Positions 9,655 through 19,425 of a stretch of DNA of 53,599 nt are shown here, piece by piece; the stretch's first letter is position 1; each line of letters starts with the position of its first letter. This DNA is from a bacterium. GTDB taxonomy: Bacteria > SZUA-182 > DTGQ01. A program made the translations under genes and the position numbers. The stretch spans positions 11,473 to 65,071 of the forward strand of contig JBFMGO010000020.1 in the NCBI GenBank assembly GCA_040752695.1, given 5' to 3'. Below the pieces are notes generated by a model. The model saw only the letters and a list, made by a program, of their open reading frames with translations, ran no database searches and was not told the DNA's origin.

Positions 9655-11394
9655 ATGTATTTCTCTAACAGCCGGAGGAATTTTCTCAGGCTTCTCGGCC
9701 TTGTGGCATCGGCTGTGTGGTATCCGGATATGATGGCAGCGGCAGGGGCAGTTTCGGGGACTTCATCAGGAAAGACAGGCACTCATGAGCTGTCAACCGA
9801 TATCCTCATTGTCGGAGGGGGACTCGGCGGATGCGCAGCAGCCCTGGCTGCGACGCGCCGAAACTTTCACGTGATTATGACCGAGCAGACCGACTGGATC
9901 GGCGGCCAGGCCACGCAGCAGGGACTCTCATCCCTGGACGAGCACGAATGGATCGAGTCGTTCGGCCGCACGCGATCGTATGGAGAATTTCGTAACCGTA
10001 TTCGTGACCATTACCGCAAACGCTATCCGCTGACGCCGCAGGCGAGGGCCAGAAAATACCTCAATCCCGGCGATGGCCTGGTTTCAAAGCTGTGTTTTGA
10101 ACCAAAAGTGGCCCTGGCCGTACTTCAGGATATGCTGTCTTTGGCTGTCAGGGATGATCGGCTGGTGTTGTTTTTGAATACCAGGCCAAAAGGCGCGGAC
10201 GTAGACGGCAACTATGTCCGGGCAATCCATCTCATGAACGAGGCGGAAGGAAAGGAGATGCTTGTCAGGGCAAAGTACTTCATCGATGCCACTGAGCTTG
10301 GGGATCTTCTGCCGCTGACCGGCACCGAGTGGGTATCAGGCTCCGAATCGAAGGATGAAACCGAAGAACACCATGCCCCGGAACGTGCCAGACCAGCCAA
10401 TATGGAGGCCGTGACCTGGTGTTGCGCTCTCGATTATCTGGAAGGTGAGGACCACACCATCGAAAAGCCCGGGCAGTATGATTTCTGGCGTTCCTATCAT
10501 CCTGACCTCACACCGCCGTGGCCCGATAACCCTTTCTTTTCCCTGACGACCCCCGGCCCGGATAAGCCGATGGAGCATTCTTTCGTGCCGGCCGTGGGCA
10601 CATTGGCAGGATACAAAACCGAAAGTTCAAACCTCTGGCTGTACCGCAGGATCATCCATCAGGCCAATTTTCAGCCCAGGACTTTTCGCAGCGATATCAG
10701 CCTCATAGCCTGGCCCCAGAATGGCTACCTGCCCGGCAATATCTTCGGGGGCACGGAGGAGGAAAATGCAAGACACCAGCAAGGTGCCAGGCAATTGACC
10801 CTCTCGCTGATTTACTGGCTCCAGACCGAGGCCCCGAGGCCGGACGGCAAGGCAGGATGGCCCGGACTGCGGCTGTGCACGGAACTGCTCGGCACTGACG
10901 ATGGGCTTGCCAAGTTTCCCTATATCCGCGAGTCGCGCAGGATCAAGGCAGAGTACACGATCTGCGAGCAGCATCTTGGCGGGCAAAAGCCGGAGAAGAT
11001 TGGCAGGTACGATGTTGCACGGAAATTTTTTGATTCTGTCGGTGTCGGTCATTATGATGTGAACATTCACCCCACAACCGGCAAAGACAATTATATTGAC
11101 CTTAAAACCTGCCCTTACCAGATACCTTTGGGGGCACTCATTCCCGTGCGGATGCGAAATCTCATTGCCGGCGCCAAGAATATCGGCACCACACACATCA
11201 GCGCAGGCGCTTATCGCCTGCATCACACCGAGTGGAACATCGGCGAGGCAGCAGGAGCTCTGGCTGCCTTTTGCCTCACCAAGGGCGAGCCCCCGGCCCG
11301 GGTGCGCAATCATGAGCCGCTGCTGCGGGAGTTTCAGGATCAACTGATCAGGGACGGATTCGACCTTGACTGGTCAAAATTGGCCACCGTGTGA
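9655..11394 (+). CDS. Tat-exported FAD-dependent oxidoreductase (copy 1)
   Basis: SRRNFL twin-arginine signal; GGGLGGCAAA FAD motif; DATELGDL; YIRESRRI. Confidence 0.9.
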   Translation: MYFSNSRRNFLRLLGLVASAVWYPDMMAAAGAVSGTSSGKTGTHELSTDILIVGGGLGGCAAALAATRRNFHVIMTEQTDWIGGQATQQGLSSLDEHEWIESFGRTRSYGEFRNRIRDHYRKRYPLTPQARARKYLNPGDGLVSKLCFEPKVALAVLQDMLSLAVRDDRLVLFLNTRPKGADVDGNYVRAIHLMNEAEGKEMLVRAKYFIDATELGDLLPLTGTEWVSGSESKDETEEHHAPERARPANMEAVTWCCALDYLEGEDHTIEKPGQYDFWRSYHPDLTPPWPDNPFFSLTTPGPDKPMEHSFVPAVGTLAGYKTESSNLWLYRRIIHQANFQPRTFRSDISLIAWPQNGYLPGNIFGGTEEENARHQQGARQLTLSLIYWLQTEAPRPDGKAGWPGLRLCTELLGTDDGLAKFPYIRESRRIKAEYTICEQHLGGQKPEKIGRYDVARKFFDSVGVGHYDVNIHPTTGKDNYIDLKTCPYQIPLGALIPVRMRNLIAGAKNIGTTHISAGAYRLHHTEWNIGEAAGALAAFCLTKGEPPARVRNHEPLLREFQDQLIRDGFDLDWSKLATV

Positions 11395-11437
11395 AATGTA
11401 GTTGCTTGGAGCACATGAATCAGGGTAAAGGACAAAC

Positions 11438-13183
11438 ATGGATACATTCTCGAGCAAGAGGCGGGATTTTTTGAAGCTGTGCGGCCTTTCGGCAGCAGCA
11501 CTGTGGTATCCGGCGATAATGGCCGCTTCGCGATCCGTTTTCATTGCTCAATCGCCTGGCAAGGAACTGACGGCCGATATCCTCATCGCCGGAGGGGGCC
11601 TTGGCGGGTGCGCGGCAGCCCTGGCAGCGACGCGACGGGGTTTTCGCGTGATCTTGACAGAGCCGACCGACTGGATCGGCGGGCAGGCCACTCAGCAGGG
11701 AGTATCGGCCCTGGATGATCATATCTGGATTGAGTCCTTCGGCCGCACGCGATCGTATGCGCAGTTTCGCAACCGTATCCGTGATTATTACCGCAAACAC
11801 TATCCGATGGCGCCACAGGCGAGGGCCAGAAAATACCTTGATCCCGGCGATGGCCTGGTTTCGAAGCTGTGCTGTGAGCCCAAAGTGATCCTGGCCGTGC
11901 TTCAGGAAATGCTGTCCCAGGCGGTCAAGGAGGGTACCCTGATACTGTTTTTAACTACCCGCCCTGTGGGTGCTGATGTGGATGGTGACCGGGTACGTGC
12001 AATCCGGCTGATAAGCGAGACAGAAGGGAAGGAGGTAATTGTCCGGGCGAAGTACTTCGTTGACGCTACGGAACTGGGAGATCTTCTGCCCCTGACCGGC
12101 ACGGAGTGGGTATCAGGCTCCGAATCGAAGCGAAAAACCAAAGAGCCTCATGCTTCGATAGAGGAAAGGCCGCACAACATGGAGGCTGTGACCTGGTGCT
12201 GCATACTCGACTACCTGGAGGGTGAGGACCATACCATTGAAAAGCCCGGCCAGTATGACCTGTGGCGTTCCTACCGTCCGAATCTCATGCCGCCCTGGCC
12301 CGGTTATCCCCTGTTCTCCCTGTGGGTCTCCCGCCCCATCTCGGATGAGCCGGTAGAGCGGGCTTTCGTGCCAACTGTGGGAAAGTTTGCCGAATACAGG
12401 ACCAAAGAGCTCAATCTCTGGCTGTACCGGCGAATTCTCAACCATGCCAATTTTCAGCCCGGAACCTTCCCCAGTGATATCACGCTTATCAACTGGCCTC
12501 AGAACGACTACATGGCAGGCAACATCTTCGGGGGCACGGAGGAGGAGAATGCAAGACACAAAGAAGGTGCCCGGCAACTGACACTTTCACTGATTTACTG
12601 GCTCCAGACCGAGGCTCCGAGGCCGGATGGCAAGGCCGGATGGCCCAGCCTGCACCTGAGGAAGGATGTACTCGGCACCCGTGACGGGCTGGCAAAATAC
12701 CCCTATATCCGTGAATCCCGGAGGATCAAGGCTGAATTCACCATTCTCGAGCAGGAAATCTGCGAATCTGCCAAGCAGAAGATCGGCCGCCATAGAGTCA
12801 GCCGGGAGTTCGACGATTCCATCGGTGTAGGGCATTACGACATAGACCTTCACCCCACGACCGGTGGAGATAATTATATCGACCTGCATCACTGTCCGTA
12901 CCAGATCCCCCTGGGAGCACTCATTCCCATACGGATGGAAAACCTCCTTCCCGGCTGCAAGAACATCGGCACCACCCACGTCAGTAACGGTGCCTATCGC
13001 CTGCACCATACCGAGTGGAACATCGGCGAGGCCGCTGGCGCTCTGGCTGCCTTCTGCCTCAAAAGGGGCGAGCCCCCGGCCCGTGTGCGTAACCATCAAC
13101 CGCTGCTGCGGGAGTTCCAGAGCGAATTGATTAAAGACGGATTCGAACTGGACTGGGCAAAACTGGCTACTGTGCGGGATTAG
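11438..13183 (+). CDS. Tat-exported FAD-dependent oxidoreductase (copy 2, tandem paralogue)
   Basis: KRRDFL signal; same motifs and long near-identical blocks shared with copy 1. Confidence 0.9.
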   Translation: MDTFSSKRRDFLKLCGLSAAALWYPAIMAASRSVFIAQSPGKELTADILIAGGGLGGCAAALAATRRGFRVILTEPTDWIGGQATQQGVSALDDHIWIESFGRTRSYAQFRNRIRDYYRKHYPMAPQARARKYLDPGDGLVSKLCCEPKVILAVLQEMLSQAVKEGTLILFLTTRPVGADVDGDRVRAIRLISETEGKEVIVRAKYFVDATELGDLLPLTGTEWVSGSESKRKTKEPHASIEERPHNMEAVTWCCILDYLEGEDHTIEKPGQYDLWRSYRPNLMPPWPGYPLFSLWVSRPISDEPVERAFVPTVGKFAEYRTKELNLWLYRRILNHANFQPGTFPSDITLINWPQNDYMAGNIFGGTEEENARHKEGARQLTLSLIYWLQTEAPRPDGKAGWPSLHLRKDVLGTRDGLAKYPYIRESRRIKAEFTILEQEICESAKQKIGRHRVSREFDDSIGVGHYDIDLHPTTGGDNYIDLHHCPYQIPLGALIPIRMENLLPGCKNIGTTHVSNGAYRLHHTEWNIGEAAGALAAFCLKRGEPPARVRNHQPLLREFQSELIKDGFELDWAKLATVRD

Positions 13184-13330
13184 CAAATGAGAGAATGAAG
13201 GGTTAGAAAGAGAAGACACTGTCTGATGAGCGTCAGGGCAGGAGGACAATCTGTGCGGTCGGCAAAAAAACCGTACCTTTGAACCAGCCGGATATTCAAT
13301 GATGCAGGGTAGCGAAATATAAGGTAACTA

Positions 13331-13639
13331 TCAGGTGATGTAATCGAAGATGTATTCTTCCAGTTCAGCCAGGGTATCGATGGTCACTGCCTTTTGCAGT
13401 AAGCTCTCAAGAACAGCCTGATCGGCAATGCCTGTTAATCTTTTCTTTAAGGGCAAAGGAACATGGTCAAAACGAGATTCCAGAATGTCTACAACAGCCT
13501 CCTGCAACCCCTGCTGTACGCCGTGCCGTAAGCTTTGCTCCAATTCCTGGTGTGATCTCTGATGAAGTCCCCATGGTTCGTCTTTCTGCATGCACTGCCG
13601 TGGTAAGTCTTGCTGTAACTCCTGTTCAGCGAGAATCAA
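13331..13639 (-). CDS. Stand-alone Rpn/DUF4351-like C-terminal domain protein
   Basis: GAGGAGG before TTG; QQGLQEAVVDILESRFDHVP...LESLLQKAVTIDTLAE aligns with the C-terminus of 43126..44058. Confidence 0.7.
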   Translation of the reverse strand: MILAEQELQQDLPRQCMQKDEPWGLHQRSHQELEQSLRHGVQQGLQEAVVDILESRFDHVPLPLKKRLTGIADQAVLESLLQKAVTIDTLAELEEYIFDYIT

Positions 13640-13968
13640 AATAAGTTCCTCCTCATTTTTAGCTCTCTATAGTATTTCGGCTATTTTTTTATAATCACTT
13701 CATACTCACGTTGTCTGTAGAGCACAATTGCGACGGGATTTTAAAATTTCATTGTTCACCATATTTCATGACATCTTATCATAGGTGATTTTTTAACTAT
13801 TTGTCAAGCATATGAATGCAAGAATTTTTTACTAAAATACATAAATACACAAAATACATAATCATAAAAGACATAAGAACCATAAGGAACATAAGAGAAT
13901 AACACAGAGAAAGACACACAGCCGGGGGAGACCGGGGCCGGTAAGGTAATTATTTTTTCAAAAAGTGG

Positions 13969-13999
13969 TTGACCTGTCTATAGCTTCATAGTTTATTAT
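13969..13999 (+). promoter_or_regulatory. MerR-type promoter with 19-bp spacer
   Basis: TTGACC-N19-TATTAT with imperfect dyad (CTAT-N6-ATAG) in the spacer; MerR gene downstream. Confidence 0.65.
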
Positions 14000-14037
14000 A
14001 CTTCTTAAGATCAACATGCTGGTCTGTTTCATTAACC

Positions 14038-14183
14038 TGACTCAAGTTGTTGCTTATGGTCACAGTAAGAGAGAGGAATCATCATCGATAATCACAAAGT
14101 GATGGAGCCTTTCATCCGGATACTGGCTCTTTTATTCCAGATTTCTTATCCTGGACCGGAAAAATTGGGAATGACTTGAGTTA
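14038..14183 (+). ncRNA. Candidate structured 5' leader (multi-branch)
   Basis: 14-bp closing helix 14038-14051/14170-14183 (WC plus GU pairs) enclosing three further hairpins. Confidence 0.4.
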
Positions 14184-14222
14184 TTTTGAGCGAATCAACT
14201 CACATCAAGTATGGAGGTTAAG

Positions 14223-14399
14223 ATGACTACTGAACAAGTGATTGAATTGTTTCGGGCAATAGGACTTGACGATGATGCGATGCATAAGTGGCATGAGGAA
14301 TTTGAAAAAAAATATCCGCAGGAGCATCAGCGTTTTCTGGAATGGCTCAATGTGCCTCCTGACAAAATTAACCTTATCAGACAAAAAGCGTCTGCATAA
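14223..14399 (+). CDS. 58-aa stand-alone homologue of the adjacent MerR C-terminal domain
   Basis: GGAGG RBS; GLDDDAMHKWHEEFEKKYPQEHQRFLEWL vs GLSSDEMQRWHVQFEKMAPEVHQDFLESL in MerR. Confidence 0.85.
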   Translation: MTTEQVIELFRAIGLDDDAMHKWHEEFEKKYPQEHQRFLEWLNVPPDKINLIRQKASA

Positions 14400-14410
14400 C
14401 TGAAAAGCGG

Positions 14411-14453
14411 CGGCCGGGGCACATCAACTGTGCCCCGGCCGAAGAGATTTTTT
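14411..14453 (+). terminator. Rho-independent terminator
   Basis: CGGCCGGGGCACA/TGTGCCCCGGCCG perfect 13-bp stem with a downstream T-run. Confidence 0.75.
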
Positions 14454-14597
14454 CCTAATGTCCGCCCGAAATTATCTTTCCCAATGTCCGCGCCCGGTCG
14501 AAATTATATTTGCCATAAAAGGCGTATATTTCCCCTGAGGGCTTGTTTGATTACTCTTTATTGCTCTTTAATACCTGTATTTATTGGGTTGGATGTC

Positions 14598-15149
14598 ATG
14601 TATACGATCAGTGAAGTTGCCAGACGATTTAAGATATCGAGAAGTACCCTGCTGTATTACGAATCGATAGGGCTTTTGGTTTCCTCTTCCCGGACATCGT
14701 CAAACTACCGTCTTTATTCTGAAGAGGATATTCGGCAGATGGAGCAGATAAGCACCTATCGGCAATCCGGAATGACGCTTAAGGAAATCAAAAAACTCCT
14801 TACATCAAATCAAAAGACGTTTGTCACCTTGCTGGAGAAGCAGTTGAAAAGTTTGAATAAAGAGATCCAAAAGCTCAGACATCAACAGCAGGTCATTATT
14901 AATCTATTGAAAAACAATGACAAATTGAGAGAAACGAGAGTCCTGAATAAAAAAATGTGGATCGCTTTGCTGGCAGCGGTCGGCCTGAGCAGCGATGAGA
15001 TGCAAAGGTGGCATGTCCAATTTGAAAAAATGGCACCTGAAGTGCACCAGGATTTTTTGGAATCTCTTGGAATTTCGCCTCAGGAAATTAGGCTGATCCG
15101 AAAATTCTCTGCTGAAAACGGCTCAGGGAAAACCGGCGAGGGGCAGTAA
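14598..15149 (+). CDS. MerR-family transcriptional regulator
   Basis: MYTISEVARRFKISRSTLLYYESIGLL...NYRLYS wHTH plus coiled coil. Confidence 0.92.
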   Translation: MYTISEVARRFKISRSTLLYYESIGLLVSSSRTSSNYRLYSEEDIRQMEQISTYRQSGMTLKEIKKLLTSNQKTFVTLLEKQLKSLNKEIQKLRHQQQVIINLLKNNDKLRETRVLNKKMWIALLAAVGLSSDEMQRWHVQFEKMAPEVHQDFLESLGISPQEIRLIRKFSAENGSGKTGEGQ

Positions 15150-15189
15150 GAATAATCCTGATGACCTGGTGATCCTGCCCCTACCCGCA

Positions 15190-16500
15190 TCAATGAACGA
15201 AAAACCGCATAATGTCATTGTAAAAGACATAGACCATCAAAAGGATCAGCATTCCAAACCCGATCTGCTGAGCGACTTCCCTCTTTTTAATGCTGAGCGG
15301 TTTTCCCGCGATCATCTCGATAGCCAGAAAGAACAGGTGTCCCCCATCGAGGACCGGAATGGGAAAGAGATTGAGAACTCCCAATTGCAGGCTTAAAAAG
15401 GCCATAAAGTAGAGGAAATCGGGTATACCTGCCTTGGCGGATGCCCCGGCAACCTGGGCGATCATGATCGGCCCGCCGAGAGATTTTGGTGAGGTTTTTC
15501 CTCTGATCAGTTTAAAGAGAAAAGCGAAGGTCATTTCCCCCTGTTTCAGTGTTTCGGAGAAGCCCTTTTGGATCGCTTCCAGGGGTCCGTATTTTCTCAC
15601 GATGGTATCCTCAAAAGGAGTGATTCCGATGAGCCCCTGCTCGGTATCCAGGTCCTTGAGCGGAACTACGGTCACCGGGAATTGCTTTTCACCCCTTTTG
15701 ATGGTCAGGGATACCTCCTTTTCGGGATTGTCGTGGATCATTTCCGCTACTGCGTACCAATGAGCTACTGCCTTTCCATTGATATGCGTAATGTAATCCC
15801 CTGCCTCCAGTCCTGCCTTTTCGGCCGGATAGCCCGGATTCAGGCTTCCGATTTGCGGCGGGATGAAGTGGTCGATGCCGAGAGTTCCCAGCCCCATGCC
15901 GCCCACCTCGCGGGGAATGGCCGTAAGGGTAACCATTGTTTGGTTCCGTTCAACGACGATCCGAAGCTGTGAGCCGGGATTGGAAGCTATCGTCATCTGG
16001 AGGTTTTCCCAGTCGCTGATCTTGTGATCGTTGATGCTGATAATCTTATCTTCGACCTGAAGACCCGCTTCTTGCGCAGGGGATCCCTCCTTGACCCACC
16101 CGATAACCGGAGGGGTAACGAGATAGGAGGGGATTTTCCGGCCCAGGAGAAAAACGGCAAACATTAAAAAAACAGACAGAACCATATTCATCATTGGTCC
16201 TGAGAATACTACCTTTGCCCGCTCCCGGGGTGTCCGGGAGGAGAATTCCCAGGGTTCTCCCTTCAATTCCTCATCAGGGTTCTCGCCAGCCATTTTGACA
16301 TATCCTCCCAGGGGAAGGGCAGAGATCACGTATTCGGTCTCTCCCTTTTGAAAACCCAGGCCGGGAATTTTAGGGCCAAAGCCCAGGGAAAATTTTTCCA
16401 CCCTGATCCCGATAGCTTTTGCCACGATGAAATGGCCAAATTCATGAACGAAGATGAGAACACCTAAACAGATAATAAAAGCAAGAATTACCGTAATCAT
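15190..16500 (-). CDS. rseP: RIP metalloprotease RseP
   Basis: HEFGH, two PDZ domains, NLFPIPVLDGG. Confidence 0.95.
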   Translation of the reverse strand: MITVILAFIICLGVLIFVHEFGHFIVAKAIGIRVEKFSLGFGPKIPGLGFQKGETEYVISALPLGGYVKMAGENPDEELKGEPWEFSSRTPRERAKVVFSGPMMNMVLSVFLMFAVFLLGRKIPSYLVTPPVIGWVKEGSPAQEAGLQVEDKIISINDHKISDWENLQMTIASNPGSQLRIVVERNQTMVTLTAIPREVGGMGLGTLGIDHFIPPQIGSLNPGYPAEKAGLEAGDYITHINGKAVAHWYAVAEMIHDNPEKEVSLTIKRGEKQFPVTVVPLKDLDTEQGLIGITPFEDTIVRKYGPLEAIQKGFSETLKQGEMTFAFLFKLIRGKTSPKSLGGPIMIAQVAGASAKAGIPDFLYFMAFLSLQLGVLNLFPIPVLDGGHLFFLAIEMIAGKPLSIKKREVAQQIGFGMLILLMVYVFYNDIMRFFVH

Positions 16501-17663
16501 GAAAGTCTCCCTATGATGTCCCTGGCCTGCTGCCTGGCCCAGCGGTCTGCCAAAAGGGCGTCTTGAATCTCCCGCAAAGGGACAGGTTGGTGGCAATCCA
16601 ATGTTTCTTCAATGATCCTTGGAATATCGGGAAAGCTGATCCGGCCATGTTTGAAGGCCTCCAGCGCAACTTCATTAGCAGCGTTCAATACTGCAGGGCT
16701 AGTTCCACCCTGTCTGGCTGCGTGGTATCCCAGCCGGAGGCAGGGAAATTTACTGACGTGCTGCGGGCCGTAAAATGACAATTTCCCAAGAAGGGGCAGA
16801 TCCAAAGAGGGAAGGTCGAGGGGAATCCGCTCCGGGTAGGAAAGGGCATAGAGGATCGGCAGGCGCATGTCAGGTGTCGAGAGAAGAGCGAGCACGTTTT
16901 TGTCCCAGAATTCCACCATGGAGTGGATAATACTTTCGGGATGAATCACAACCTCGATATTCTGGATGTCTACACCGAAGAGCCAATGGGCTTCGATGAC
17001 TTCCAGGCCCTTATTCATAAGAGTAGCCGAATCGAGGCTGATTTTTTCCCCCATGCACCAGGTCGGATGTCGAAGAGCATCCCGGTAGGTGATTCTCGGG
17101 AATTCTTCCAGAGGGGTGAACAGAAAAGGCCCACCGGAAGCGGTCAGGAGCAGGCGTCTGATTTCTTTTCGATTATGCCCGGCCATGCACTGGAATATAG
17201 CTGAATGCTCACTATCCACGGGCAGGATCTGAATCCCTTTTGTCCTGGCTTTTTCCATGATAATCTCACCAGCCATGACCAGTGTCTCTTTATTAGCCAG
17301 GGCAATCGTTTTACCTGCATCAATGGCTTCATAGGTCGGAAGCAATCCGCTGCTTCCGGAAATTGCGGAAATTACCATATCCGCATCAGCATACCGTGCC
17401 ACCTGAAGCAATCCTTCCATACCGGTCACTACCTCGCCGTGAAATGATTTGACCTCCTCTTGCAGGACTGCCTGATGGTCTGATTCCCGTATAGAGACAA
17501 TTTGGGGCCGGAATTGTTTAACCTGCTGTTTCAACAGAGCAACATTAGATCCCGCAGCCAGGGCAACAACTTCATATCGTTCTTTGTATCGGCCAATTAC
17601 TTCGAGGGCATTGGTGCCAATCGAACCCGTAGAGCCAAGAACGGCAATTTTTTTTCTCTTCAT
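16497..17663 (-). CDS. dxr: 1-deoxy-D-xylulose-5-phosphate reductoisomerase
   Basis: LGSTGSIG, LANKE, PVDSEH, NKGLEVIEAH. Confidence 0.97.
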   Translation of the reverse strand: MKRKKIAVLGSTGSIGTNALEVIGRYKERYEVVALAAGSNVALLKQQVKQFRPQIVSIRESDHQAVLQEEVKSFHGEVVTGMEGLLQVARYADADMVISAISGSSGLLPTYEAIDAGKTIALANKETLVMAGEIIMEKARTKGIQILPVDSEHSAIFQCMAGHNRKEIRRLLLTASGGPFLFTPLEEFPRITYRDALRHPTWCMGEKISLDSATLMNKGLEVIEAHWLFGVDIQNIEVVIHPESIIHSMVEFWDKNVLALLSTPDMRLPILYALSYPERIPLDLPSLDLPLLGKLSFYGPQHVSKFPCLRLGYHAARQGGTSPAVLNAANEVALEAFKHGRISFPDIPRIIEETLDCHQPVPLREIQDALLADRWARQQARDIIGRLS

Positions 17664-17717
17664 AGGAAATCATGTTCCTTATTCTATGGTGCGTATTTCC
17701 TGCCTGGCGCCGTGTAT

Positions 17718-18575
17718 TTAACGGAGCCTGTACATGGGCAGGGATGCAGCCGCATAGTAAAAAAGTGCGGGCGAGGCAAAGATGACACCGTCAATCCTGT
17801 CGAGAATCCCGCCATGTCCGGGGAGCACTTTTCCGCTGTCCTTGACACCGGCCCCACGCTTGAGAAGTGATTCAGCCAGGTCACCCAATTGCCCGAAAAT
17901 ATTCAGGAAAAATCCCAAAAAGATACAATTTCCCAGGCTTATCGATTGCAAAAAAGTAAAATGGGCAATAACTGAGATAAAAACACTGCCCGCTATCCCC
18001 CCGATGGATCCCTCGATTGTTTTTTTAGGGCTGATCCGGGGAGAGAGCCGATGCTTTCCGATTTGTCTTCCGGTATAAAAGGCGAAGGTGTCACCAGCCC
18101 ATACTACCAGAAGTAAATAAAAAATCAAAGCCTTTCCATGAGGCAGCCTGCGAATCCAAACCAGATGGCCCAGCAGCCAGGCCACATAGAAGACTCCTCC
18201 CATGGTGCAGAAAAGCTCTGGAATCACTGTTGAAAGGTCGTGAAAGGAGAAGAGATAACCTAAAAAGATCACTATCACGGCAAGACTCATGACCAGGGAG
18301 GCAGGCATAGCCACGCTTTCGCTTTGAAAGGCAATGCTGGTCAAAAGCCCCAGTCCCAGCCCCAGGAGGCTGAAGCATCTGATATTGGCCTGGGCCATAA
18401 TCTGATAAAATTCCACTAACCCAAGGAGAATGCAGCCGGTCACCAGGAGCCAGAAGTGAAGTGGCGTTCCGTAGTAGATGAGCAGGACCAGTAAAGGTAT
18501 GCCCAGGACAGCAGTAGCGATCCGCTTGAAGTAGGGGGATTTTTTTTTATTCTGGCTTGTTTCCGGTCTGGGCAT
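17718..18575 (-). CDS. cdsA: Phosphatidate cytidylyltransferase
   Basis: ISPKKTIEG, ESLLKRGAGVKDSG, PGHGGILDRID. Confidence 0.96.
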   Translation of the reverse strand: MPRPETSQNKKKSPYFKRIATAVLGIPLLVLLIYYGTPLHFWLLVTGCILLGLVEFYQIMAQANIRCFSLLGLGLGLLTSIAFQSESVAMPASLVMSLAVIVIFLGYLFSFHDLSTVIPELFCTMGGVFYVAWLLGHLVWIRRLPHGKALIFYLLLVVWAGDTFAFYTGRQIGKHRLSPRISPKKTIEGSIGGIAGSVFISVIAHFTFLQSISLGNCIFLGFFLNIFGQLGDLAESLLKRGAGVKDSGKVLPGHGGILDRIDGVIFASPALFYYAAASLPMYRLR

Positions 18576-18652
18576 CTCTTATTCGTTTATTTTCCGATAG
18601 CTTCCATGATAGAAGGAGTGAATTCCATCTTTGTTTTTTCAATTCCTCTTTT

Positions 18653-19420
18653 CTATTCCTCTTTAATCCGTCCGAATCGCCGCTCGCGGCCCTGGTAGTT
18701 CACGATGGCCTCCAGGAATTCTTTTCGGCGAAAATCGGGCCACAGGACCGGAGTAATCCAGATTTCCGCATATGCCAGTTGCCAGAGTAAAAAGTTACTC
18801 AGCCGCATCTCCCCGCTGGTCCGGATGAGAAGATCAGGATCGGGAAGTCCTTTCGTAAACAGGTACTGGGAAAACATCTTCTCATCCAGATCCTCTTCCC
18901 TGATCTTTCCCTTTTGCAGGTCACGGGCAATCATTTTCGTTGCATGGATGATTTCCTGATGGCCGCTGTAGTTCAAGGCCAGATTGAGAATCATTCCCTG
19001 ATTATGTGCTGTCTGCTGAATGGTAAAGTGCAGTTCCTCCCTCACCAGATCCGGCAGCCTGGTATCATCGCCGATAAACATCAGCCGGATATCGTGCTTT
19101 ACCATTCTGGCCAGTTCCTTTCGGAGGTATTCTACCAGCAATTTCATTAGGGTATTTACCTCCTGCTGAGGGCGGAACCAGTTCTCTACCGAAAAGGCGT
19201 AGAGAGTCAGCACGGAGATTTTCATCTCCACGGCTTCTTCGACTATGATCCTTACCGAGTCCATGCCTCTGCGGTGCCCCTCCACCCGGCTGAGCAGGCG
19301 GCCTTTCGCCCACCGGCCGTTTCCATCCATGATGATAGCCACATGCTTGGGGAGTCTTGCCGGATCGATAGCCTGTCTAAGCTCATCTTCTGTCTGGGGT
19401 AAGATTGTTTTTGATGGCAT
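18653..19420 (-). CDS. uppS: Undecaprenyl diphosphate synthase
   Basis: HVAIIMDGNGRWA, FSVENW, IRTSGEMRLSNFLLWQ. Confidence 0.96.
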   Translation of the reverse strand: MPSKTILPQTEDELRQAIDPARLPKHVAIIMDGNGRWAKGRLLSRVEGHRRGMDSVRIIVEEAVEMKISVLTLYAFSVENWFRPQQEVNTLMKLLVEYLRKELARMVKHDIRLMFIGDDTRLPDLVREELHFTIQQTAHNQGMILNLALNYSGHQEIIHATKMIARDLQKGKIREEDLDEKMFSQYLFTKGLPDPDLLIRTSGEMRLSNFLLWQLAYAEIWITPVLWPDFRRKEFLEAIVNYQGRERRFGRIKEE

Positions 19421-19425
19421 CTCGG

